NCBI GenBank assembly: GCA_000165425.1
Contig: CT868474.1
Location: 248,001 to 312,000 of the forward strand
Source of the DNA: Paramecium tetraurelia
Taxonomy: Eukaryota
Length of the DNA stretch: 64,000 nt
Direction: 5' to 3'
Positions 40,753 to 52,279 of this stretch are shown piece after piece. Under the pieces are notes generated by a model, which was not told where the DNA came from, did not search any database, and saw nothing but the letters and a program-made list of their open reading frames with translations. Numbering within the stretch: the stretch's first letter is position 1; each line of letters opens with the position of its first letter. A program made the translations under genes and the position numbers.

Positions 40753-41963
40753 ATGAATTATGATTTCGATGACAACGATATTCCAAATGAGAAATATGTC
40801 AATATACCTTCCCATATCAACAAAATATACTAAATTTTCACACAGACAGGCAGATATAATGAATCGGATATTAATTATGTAATTAGCCATATGATCTTAA
40901 TAGTTGTTAAAGTTCTTTCTGGAATTCAATATCAACACCATGGAAATAAATTATATGACTATTTTTCGTATCTGCTTAACCAAGCTATCTACTGAGTTAA
41001 TGCCATATTATGCCCAAATTATTACAAAAATACTTTTCCATCTGAAATTTGTAAATATAAATTTTATGAACATAGCCTTTACAAGCGCTCTCATTTATTA
41101 CTGACTTGCACATTGCCTTTTTGCAATCCTGCATAATATCCTACAATTATAAAATTGGATATTAATTTATCAAGTCTAAAATATTTTTGTAATCCACTCT
41201 AGAGAAGAAAGATAACATTATGATAGAGTACTTTTATTATGCCGGATTAATAGCTAATGCAGTGAAAGTATGAAAAAATTGAATTATAAAAAAGGATTAT
41301 GATGAAGCACTACGATGTTACAGGATAGCTCACAAATGTCAAGGTTCCAGTGCGTTTACTTTTGAGGCCTAGAAAATGGAATCTTTACTTTGTTTCAGAT
41401 TGGGAATGGAATTGAAGAATTGGTCCAATCCCAGCAATCAACAATTAGTTGCTAAATTATCAAGTTTTATTGAGAATAATTACTATAAAGAAGTAAAGGA
41501 TAAAGATCTTGACTTTTAAGACTAAGATGCTAATGTAATTGTCTTAATAATTTAGATTTGCTTAAAAGAATGGACACTTTTGGCTTAATTATATCGGTTT
41601 TTAAACAATGAGTAGGAACTCCACTCAAAAGTGTCGTTTGACTTAATAATTCACAATTTTCAACTCCAAGAGTATGAAACACTTATTAATTTGTTATTAC
41701 AACTCAATAATATCCATAACATGTTTACTATTAATGAAGAGAAGCGTTACATTCAATTCAAATACAACAATCTAACCTATAAGGAAATTAATAGCAAATT
41801 GGAAAGCAGATATGAATTGCTCTATAAATATAGCAAATAGAAAATGAATAAAATACATTTATTAGAATTTTTATAAATAATTACATAGTAGTCATGCGTT
41901 TTAAGAGAGAGTTGTCTGCATATTTGGACTTTGAGCCTTGAATTATTGCTAGTTTAATCTTGA
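40753..41963 (+). CDS. PCI-complex subunit, CSN3/Rpn3-like
   Basis: LIEYFYYAGLIANAVKDYDEALRCY...FEAQKMESLL resembles the CSN3 YYYYGG...F.RAL...SYKK block. Four introns. The 3' end is uncertain because an out-of-frame TGA lies at 41845. Confidence 0.6.
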
Positions 41964-44900
41964 TTCTAAATTGTAAGTTTCTGGTTACAATCTAGCTCTT
42001 CTTATTTTATCACTTTGTAATATATGCTAAAAGGGACGAATGGGAGATGTCTAAATGATGTTTTGCTTTAAGAATTGTTTATATTTAGGATTTAAATATG
42101 GCTACTTATTCTAACCTTAAATTAATCATCTAAAATACTCAAATATGAGACTGCATTATAAATTGTAAGGGAGGTTAATTCATTGTGATAATCGTGGTCC
42201 TTGTCCAATTTCTTAGTTTTGTCTGTTTTAGGGAAACTACTCTTGGGAGACTGCTCAGGTTTATAATAGACAAACAAATCGCAGAATTGTTCATATTCAT
42301 AATCTCTAGATTTCATTTAGTAATACAAGTATGTGAGCAGAGTTTCCAATTTTACATGTAAAGGTAGTTATTGTCTTTGTAATAAGGTGTATGAGTCTAT
42401 GAGTTCTTGAATTGGAGCAGGGCTGATTCTATCTGCAATTCTTCCAAGTGCCTCTACAAATTCAATGAAACTCATTCTTATATTCCTATCTAAAGTAAGT
42501 TCATCAATTTAGGTCATCATTGAAAAGTTGTAAATTATGACCTAAAGCTTTTCTGATAGATATTCATGGAGATTAAATTATTTGCAAAACTCTTTGAATT
42601 CTCTAATAGATATCCACTTCAATTTAAAATACCATTTTCGATTCGTGATGTCTGTTACGTAATCATAAAGCTTCTTGACAAAAGGCATCTTAATTTACAA
42701 TAAATGGTCACATTCCTTTGTCCATAATCTATAAGATCTCCATTCTTGGATCATATCAAAATGTTGGTATTGTTCCTTGAATTCCTTCAGTAATCTGAAA
42801 ATAGCATCTGCATAACTCTTGTAAATTTCAGTTCTAACATATTTGTCATTAGCAATTCTAAAGAACATCTCTAAGAACTGATATCTAATGATAGCTTTCT
42901 CTGGATTGTAGATGTATTTCGGATCAACATTATTTTTCAAGGAAACAATGTCAATTTCTACATCTTGAGATTTCAACAGGTCTCCATCTATAATGGAAAG
43001 CTTATTCAGCCACTTCATATATTAAGGGAATTGAATGCAAAACACATCAAATGTTGGTGGTTAATATCCAATACTAGAGTGAAACTTATAAACATCCTTG
43101 ATCAATTAATAGTGCTATCTAAAATACTCCTTCAATTTTATCTTCTCATATTCACTCTTAACAAAACGACTGATTTTACTGCTATTCCAATCAAATTCAA
43201 AGCATTCAGTTAGTAATTCTTCTGTATCCCCATTAAATGGTCTAAAAATGGAGTCTTCCTTGTGCCAGGTAATAAGGTGGGCTTGCTTTCTTACTAGAAA
43301 GTTTGCAAACCTCCTTAATACATACTTCTTTTAGGAAGATCTGGGGAATACTTTTATTAAGGGTTTATAATTATCTTTATCATCTATTATGTATTCTTGT
43401 CTTGAAAAAATATAATTTACTTATTAGATTTTGGCAAAAGCTAATTTAGTGCCATCTGAAAAGATGTGCACTGCATGCTTAGGGTCTTTACCTTACAGAA
43501 TGATATTATCAAGTGGAGCAGGCATATTCATAGCTCTAGGATCGATGAAGTATTCTTCCTTAATGGGATTGGAGAAGAAGTACAAGATCTTTCTTTTGGG
43601 TGGACACATTTAATAAGTAGTATAGTAAAACCTACTTAATTCTTGGATCATTTATTATGTTATTTCTTCACTTTTCTTGTTGGTTTCCTCTGCATAAGCC
43701 TCAGTTATAGCTGCCAAAGTAATTCTCTTATCAGTATTTACTAATTATTTTAATTGATGAATTATCTCTCCAGTTGTCAAATCGAAATAATTGCTTTTTA
43801 TCTTTTAAGCTTCCATCAATTATTATCTTAATTCATAACTACTCGTCATTGGGATTGGTTAATAACTAATAGTTGTGACAGAAATTACTCTAAGAAATCC
43901 AGATGGATGAAAATAGGATCTTAATTATTATCATTCTCAGGAATATATTAAAATCTATACTCCATCCATCCTTGACAAATCCAACAACAATCATTTCCGA
44001 ATAGATTATCCCCTTACATTGGGATGTAATTGACACCATCTATGGCAGTTTTCTTTTATTAAACTACTTTAAATTCTTCACTTTCATGAGTGAATTGTAT
44101 AAATCCATATGGATTGACTCTAGCTGAACATTTATTCCCTTCGATGTGCAAACCATATAAGGTATTGTTCTTAGCTAAGGCTACGCTGAATAACTTTAAT
44201 TATTTCTCAGTGAGCTAATTATAGGAGATGTCTAAATGAGCCAATGTGATTTGGGGAATAGAAATGGTTTCACACAAAGCCTACATAAAGTTGGTTCTAT
44301 CATTCTGTCCCAAATGATTATAACTCAAATCAAGAACTTTAATTGATCTATTCTATTACAACCCTTTTGCAATCATGGTACCTGCTGATGGTCCCAACTG
44401 ATTCCAATTCAATATTAGTATCTCCAAATAATTGTTTTGCAATAGGAACTAATAGAATACTGTTGAACAGGAATCTGTAATTTGATTTTCTGATAAATTC
44501 AACTTTAATAAAGTAACGTTTTTTTAAAAGCAATTCAAAAGCACAAATACTCCTTTGTCTGCTAATAGGTTATTTTGGAGATTGATAGATTTGAGGCTTG
44601 TAAACTTCTATATATGATTTGACAATATTAGTGCTCCTCTTCTACCAAGGACATTATTTCCTAAATTGATTTCTTTCAATGAAAGAGGGAATCCTTCAAT
44701 CAAATAGAGTAATGATTTATCATCCAATTGATTGTTACACAGAAATAATTACTTCACTGTTTTACTTTTTACAGATTACAATAAGTTTTTGATTAGAGGG
44801 AAATACTTCTCTGTAAGGCCAAGATCCGAAAAATGCATCTCTTTTCCATTAACCAAACAATTTGATAAATCGATTCTCTTTGGGAATATGTTATCATTTA

Positions 44901-45575
44901 AACAGTAGAAATGAATTGGATCCACATTTTTTTTATTGAAATTAATTGCTAAATCTTTCAACCTATCTTATCGTTTAATAAAATAAAAGTAAGATTAATC
45001 TATTTCTTGATCTAAATAATATATATATCGATGTTACTTAACTTTTGAAAGATTTTTTTAATCTCCTATTGCAATTCAATTCCATTAAATCTTTTAGGTT
45101 CATCTTCACTGCTTACATCACTCATGATATCTTCATCCTCTTCAAATTCCATGCCATCTCCACCTTTCATTGATTCTTAGTCAGCTTCCATTACTTCTTT
45201 TGAAACTTCATCATTAATCTCTTAAGTCTCCTTTTTGACCTATTCTATTGGTGAAAACCTATGCTTTAACAATCCCAATGGGAAATTTTTCTTTTTAGCA
45301 TCCCCTTGATCTGATTGGACTGAAGTATTGGTTAGAATTTATCTCATTTCTGTTAACTTTTCGTTACTCTTTATATAATAAGACATTAGACTGTGATCTT
45401 TCGAATATTAATTATCAATCAATAATTTCGATGCTTTGAATTTACATTCAGCCAACTTGTTTTCTGAAATACTACGATTAGATCTGAAAAAGGATTTTAA
45501 TTTATTAGCTTTTTCTTTTGAATAATCCTTTAAACGAGGAAGTTAACATTTAGATCTCTCAATACTATTTTTCAT
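41892..45575 (-). CDS. Leucine-rich-repeat (RI/NLRC3-like) protein, paralog A
   Basis: LKEINLGNNVLG, LKSINLQNNLL, VLDLSYNHLG, LAHLDISYNQL, LYGLHIEGN; C-terminal helical domain AIIRYQFLEMFFRIANDKY and MSFIEFVEALGRIAD. Confidence 0.85.
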
Positions 45576-45764
45576 TCTAATTAATATTATATATAATCTA
45601 AGTTCTAATCAATTAATTGATTCTAATTGAACTTCGGTTTGTTTCAAATATTAGATTAATATTGTTGAGTGAGTATCAAGTAAAAAAATTAATATTATAA
45701 GATTGAGTTGTCAACTTTAAGTTAAATACTTAACAAGCATAAGGAGAAAAATATATTCAATATC

Positions 45765-48700
45765 TCATTAATCATCATATTCTTCCATTACCGCTATCAT
45801 ATTGTTTTTGTATTAGGCTTGTTGCTATTGTTCAAAAATAGTTGTCCTTCCTGAAACTTATCTACTAAATCCATTATTAATAACAATATTAGAATTTGGA
45901 TTCATCAGAGTTCGTTTTTTTCCTGTTTACATTAAGAAATTTCGATAATTTGGATGCAAATAGGGTTAATGATGAGAATCTAACAATTTAAATAAATAGA
46001 ATTACGAAAAAAGGATATTGTGTTGTACACAGTTAATTATGTAGTTGTAATGACGAACTCATCAGTATTCTCTAATTTCGATTATTTTTCATATACTTTA
46101 GGCATGAAAATGATTCTAGTCTCCTATGCATCCATTATATCTTTACAAAATAAATCAGTAAATTGAATGAATTCAGGCTGTCTAAAAATAGTAATGAACC
46201 AATACCTTCTCAATTTTAGAAATATAAAAGTTAGTAACGATTCTAATTTTATATGTAATGGTAGTGTTTGCCTTGCCATTACAGGCCAAATCTAGGCATC
46301 TTCTCCAATAGGAGCAGGACTAATTTTTTCAGCCACTCTTCCCAATGCCTCTAAAAATTCATTAAAAGTCATTCTTAGAAAACGATCTTAAGTCACTTCA
46401 TCTGCTTAGGTTTACATCGAATAGTTAAAAATGACGGTCACTTATTTTTCAGATAGAATATCATTAGTATATAATTTACAAAATTCTCTGAATTCTTTAA
46501 TGGAAACCCACTTCAATTTGAAATACCATTTCTTACTGGTTAAATCTGAAGCTAAATCATACAATTTTCTTAAAAAAGGTTATTTAAATTAGAGTGTGAG
46601 ATCTACCTCTTTTGTCCAAAATCTCTCCTGTCTCCACTATTGGCTATTATCGAGAATTTCATAATGCTATTCAAGTTCTTTCAATAGTCTATAGACTGCA
46701 TCGGCGAAATTCTTACATTGTCCTGATCGAATAAATTTATCATTTGCTAATCTAAATAGGACTTCCATAAATTGATATCTAATAATAGCCTTATCAGGAT
46801 TGTAAATAAATTTGGTATCTACATTATTTTTAATTGAAACTAAGTCACTTTCAACATCTGATTATTTTAAGTTTTCACCATCTATAATAGGGGAGAGAAT
46901 TTTATGAAATTGCCCAAATTAAATACAGAAAACATCATAAACAGGTGGCTAATATCCAAAACTTGAAAAGTATTTATAGATGTCTTTGATCAATTGATAT
47001 TTTTGCCTAAAATATTCCTTTAATTTCATTCTTTCATAGTCACTCTTAACAAATCTTTAAATTTTTGAACAACCCCAATCATATTCGAAAGCCTAATCAA
47101 GAATATCCACCGAATCCCCAATCATTCCTCTGAAAACAAGAGAATCGTCTTTTGACCAGATGGCAACATTCCCTTTCTTATTTTTGAACTTCCCTAAATA
47201 TTTGGTCAATATATATTTTCTTTATAAGATTCTTGGTTTAACTTTAATCAAAGGTTTGTAATTATTTTTATCATCAATAACATATTCTTGTTTAGTGTTT
47301 AAGACATTTACAAAGTTGATTTTCTAAAAAGGAATCTAAGTGTTATCTGCAAACACGTGCATCTAATGTTTTGGATCTTTCCCTTATAAAATTAAGTCAT
47401 CAATAGGACTTTAGACATACTCTAAAGTAGGATCATAAAAGTATCTCTCTCTAAGAGGATCGGAGAAAAAATATAGAATTTTGCTTTTCGGTGGACACAT
47501 CTGATAGGTGGTGTAATACAACTTATTAAATTCTTCAATAATTTGATTTTGAGTTTCATTTTTAGTATTATTTTCAACATTATATGCTTCCTCAATAGCT
47601 GCCATTGTAATTTTTTTTTCACCATCAGTTATCGATTTCAGCTAATGGATAATTTCTCCTGTTGTTAGTTCCAATTACTTATTGCTCTTATTCTATTCCA
47701 TCAATTATTATTTCATCTCAAAGCTTGAAGTCATAGGAATGGGCTTATAACTATAGTTAGCAATAAAAATACTCAAGGAAATCCAAATGCAAAAATATTG
47801 GCACTTATTCACTATTCTAATCGGGAGTGTAAGTAAATTAATGTTCTTTCCATCCTTAACAAATCCAACAGCAATCCATTAACAGTTCTTAACCATTGCA
47901 TATAGGAATATAATTGACTCCATCAATCTATATTTTTTTTTGTTGGACTTGTTTTATCAAATTTTCTTGTTTTGAGAATTGCAAGAATCCAAAAGCATCT
48001 ATAAAAGCAGGACACTTGTTCCCTTCAACGTGAATCCCATATAAATTATTATTCTTCATGAGTGACTTTTACAATTACACCATTTATTTCTCGCTTATTT
48101 GGTTGTATGAAATATCTAGATGACACAAAGCTAAATTTGGATTTTCAATCAATTAGCACCACTAACCTATACAATTACTCTTTTCATTAAACCCTAAATG
48201 ATTATAGCTTAAATCTAACACCTTTAGATTCTTATTCTAATTCAAAGCTTTGGCAATACCAATTCCTGATTGAGGACCTAATTAATTCCAATTTAGAATT
48301 AAGACTTCTATTGATAGATTTGAAATTAAGAAATTTTATAATTCTTATGTTGCCTTATCAGTAATCTAGTTTTGAGACAAGTTCAATTTTTTAACTGTTT
48401 TAGCATTTTAGACAGCGTTGAGAATAGTAATTGCTCCTTGATCCCCCAATAAATTGCTTGCAATATTTAGGGACTTCAAGCTGAATAGAAAAAAAAGATT
48501 ACTTTTTATGTTTGTCAAATAATTTGGCAATCAGTAGAGCTCCCTATCTTCCCAATTCATTTTGAGATAAATTCAAATCTTTTAATGAATCTGGAAAGGA
48601 ATCGATAAATATTGATAATGAGTGTTCTCTCAAATGATTATTTGATAAGATGATAGACTTAACTTTTTTGCACTTTTTAGATTTTAACAACTATGATAAT

Positions 48701-49483
48701 AGTGGGAAATATTTTGAATTGACTTTCAAATCTTTAAAATTCATTTCCTTTTATTCAATTAGACAATTCGATAGATCGATTCTTTTAGGGAAGAGATTTT
48801 AATTCATGCAATAAAAGTATAATGGATTGACAGAATCTCTCTTTCTAAATGTTTGGATTAAATCCTTCAATTTATCCTAATTCTTAATGAAACCAAAGTA
48901 GGATCTATTTAGATCATTTGCTAATGGAGTAATAAGAAATTCTGTTACATATTTTTCTTTGAATTTTGTCTATATCTTTCTCAAAGTCCTTGAATCTCAT
49001 TTCAGAACTTTGATCTGAGTCATCGTCATCGGAGGATTAATTAGAAGAAATTTCATATTCTGATTCAGACTCGTCAAACAATTTAGTTTTATTTGAGGAG
49101 AAAGAGTTGTTACTACTTTGATCTTAAATTTATGTGTTGACTTAGCGATTAACTGTTGTAGGATTGGTTTTCCATTTTTATAAAAATAAGTGTCTCTAGG
49201 TTGGTTAATCAACCTTTTAAAAATCTTAATTTTTTTCTTTGCTAAATATTAACAAGTTTAATTACTAATTTTCTCTGACCAATCGTTCAGTTTAGGGTTC
49301 GTATATAAATTCGGGTTACTATTTTTTAGATTAATGATAAAAATAATGCTATTTTGTATCTGAAATACTTCTATCAGTTCGAAAAAATTGTTTTAACTTA
49401 TCCTTCTTCATTTATGAATAATTTTAATGGATTTTAGGTAAGTGAATAGACTTTTTCGTTTGATTTGAATACTATATTTCCAT
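45765..49483 (-). CDS. Leucine-rich-repeat protein, paralog B (tandem duplicate of A)
   Basis: Same architecture: FPKRIDLSNCL, VLDLSYNHLG, LYGIHVEGN, AIIRYQFMEVLFRLANDKF, MTFNEFLEALGRVAE. Confidence 0.85.
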
Positions 49484-49694
49484 TTAGTAATTTTAAAAAC
49501 AGGTAAAAAAATTATAATAATATTGTTTATTAAGGAATGATCAAATAAATAGAAATTCCTATTCTAATCGAAGACAAGTGGATATTTTTAATAGTATGTC
49601 AAATTTTAGGTAAATATATATTGACTTCCTGAAATGGTAATGTAATATTTATTTCAAAAATAAATATAAATAAATTATTAAAACCCTTTTAAAA

Positions 49695-50973
49695 ATGAAC
49701 CAACTTGAAAGATTATTACATTAATAAGGAAAAAAAGTGAAATTACAAGAATAAGAGCTGGATGATGTGAATAGAAGGCATTAAGAATTGCAGACCAAAT
49801 TAACTTAGGAGGAAGATAAAAATAAAATATTATAAGGCAATATCGACAAATTATCATTGATTGAGTATGAATTGAGAAGACAACTACAATTTGTTGAAGC
49901 ACAAAGAGATAATCTATTGGAGCAACTAAAATCCCTACATGAATATAATTTCTCGATGTTCAATCTATAGTAAAAATATACAATATTATTTTAGAGAAAA
50001 CCATGTGTGTAACAAATTTAGAACAGTTTAAGAGCTAGCACTCACACGAAATGAATTATAAAAATAATAATAACAATTACTAATTTTGCAAACCGAAAAT
50101 GCTGGATTAATAAGCAAAGTTAAAGAGCTAATGTCCACCAATACCTCCTTAAACGAAAAACTACAAAAATACCCACAATAATTTGAAAATCTAAGAGAAA
50201 AGTACATAAAACTTTTGACAGAGAGAGATCTTCAGATATAATCACTTAGTGAGATAATAGAAAGGCTGAAAATATAGAGATAAGTAAAGGAAGAAAAGTG
50301 TGAGAAAATAGAGTTTGAGGAATCCGACTTAACAGAAGATACCAATTCAAACCAAGATGCTATTTTAGAGTAATAAACCTTTAAGGATAATCTTGAAATC
50401 ATTAAAATTATGAAAAAATCTGATGAGGAAAAGCAAAGAGCCATCCTCTAACTCACTGAATAAGTTTCACAATTATAAGCTGAGAATTCAAAATAGCGAT
50501 TACTCTTAACAACCGAATAGGTAATACAACTCTATCCTTAAGATATCCAATTATAAATTCGTCGCCTTTAACAATTAAGAGCATATATATCCTAATTTAC
50601 TACAAAAATTGCTAATTTACAAATGAAATATTAAGAAATCAATGAGTTAAAAAAACGCAATTTAGAATTAGAAGAGAGATGCAAAATTTAACAGGAAGAA
50701 ATAAATCAATTTGCAAATAAAAAGAAAAAATTAGAAGAAATTTAGGAATAATTTGCAATTGTATTAAAAGAGAATTGGAAGTTGAAAGGGAGAAATTAAT
50801 AGAAATAACACAAGATGAAATAACTGTTACCAAACATTCTTTAGAATTTATCTACCGAGCTGTGTTTTGAAGAATATCCCTTTGAAAGTTTGGAAGAGCT
50901 GTTGAAATGCTATGAAAAACTTCGAAACTAATTGAGGAGTTAGTCAGAATAGAGACATAAAAGCCAACTTTGA
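49695..50973 (+). CDS. Hypothetical coiled-coil protein
   Basis: MNQLERLLH...; Q/E/K/L heptads; one intron; TGA at 50971-50973. Confidence 0.7.
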
Positions 50974-51089
50974 TTATAAAATAAATACATAATACATTTA
51001 TATAAGGAAATTATATCCAAGAGAGTAAAATATTCCCATAATTCTCAACTTAATTATAAATATAATTATATCAAACATCTCTAAGAAAT

Positions 51090-52245
51090 ATGAAAAATTT
51101 TCTTGAAAAACACATCAGCAATGATTACAGTATCCGAATGAATAATGTGTCATAGAATCATGGTATTTAACTCATATGTATTTAATAGATTATCAATTAA
51201 ACCAATACAAATGTTCTTCTCCTATGATATTTGGTAATAGATTTGCATCACCTTCGCCATTCAGATCAGTTACTCCTATTTAAGGATAATTGTCTCCTGC
51301 AAATCAATCTCGCAGAGAAAGTGCTTTTTCAAGAAACTCTGACAACTATGATTTTTCAGTTAAAGAAAAATCAAAAATTGTAAATAAGGTCATTACTTAA
51401 CAAATCCAAAAGCAACAAGAATATTAAGATGAAGACGAATACAACATTGATTTCTTTTTCGATAAAGAGCAAATCATACTTGAAGAGTAAGAACTCTTAC
51501 ATGCAAAACTTAGAATGATTCGAGATGATTTCAACTTCAAAATCTAACAAATGGAAGATTGTAATTAATTATCTAAGTTTTAAGAGAATACCTGAGAGAA
51601 AGATAATCGATTTTACAAAATCTTTCAATTTCTATTAAAGAAGAACAAGACAGATTCAATGAGTAATCAAAACAAAACAAAAGGAAGAATAAATAGAATG
51701 AAATCCATGCAAGAACTGACTCCTTAAATAAGCACGATTCTAAAGGGGATTCATAAACAATCTAATAAGAAATATTCAGGGCTGCTACTTCTATAAAAGA
51801 ATAGAGAGGAGATTAAAATCTTGAAAGGAGAGATGCCATTGACATCAGACGTGAATCTCGTCATGAATCTATCAATGATTATAGTTCTCATCATAGAAGA
51901 GAATCATCATATAAAACAGTCAAATTGAGAGAATCCAGAGTTAAAAGAGAGGAATCTCTGAAAGGTGACTCTGTTAAAGATGAATAACCATTGAAAAGCG
52001 CATTAAAAAAGAAAGATTCCAATAGACAAACATAAAATTGTTAGGATGATTCTTAAGATGATTGGAAATTTATTAAGGAGGCAAAAAATAATTTAGAAAA
52101 ACAAAAAACTCAATTAGATGATAAATAATCTCCTAATAAAGTTAGATTTGTTAATTAAGAGAAATCTTGTAAAAAACAATAGGATAAGATGGTTAAGTCA
52201 AAATATTTAAATGATATAGACATTTTTTTAAAATGTAGATATTGA
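51090..52245 (+). CDS. Hypothetical hydrophilic protein with LKSALKK and KVRF motifs
   Basis: Open code-6 frame with two introns (second acceptor ambiguous); TGA at 52243-52245. Confidence 0.65.
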
Positions 52246-52279
52246 AATTTATATATATAAAGAAATAACTTAAACCAAT

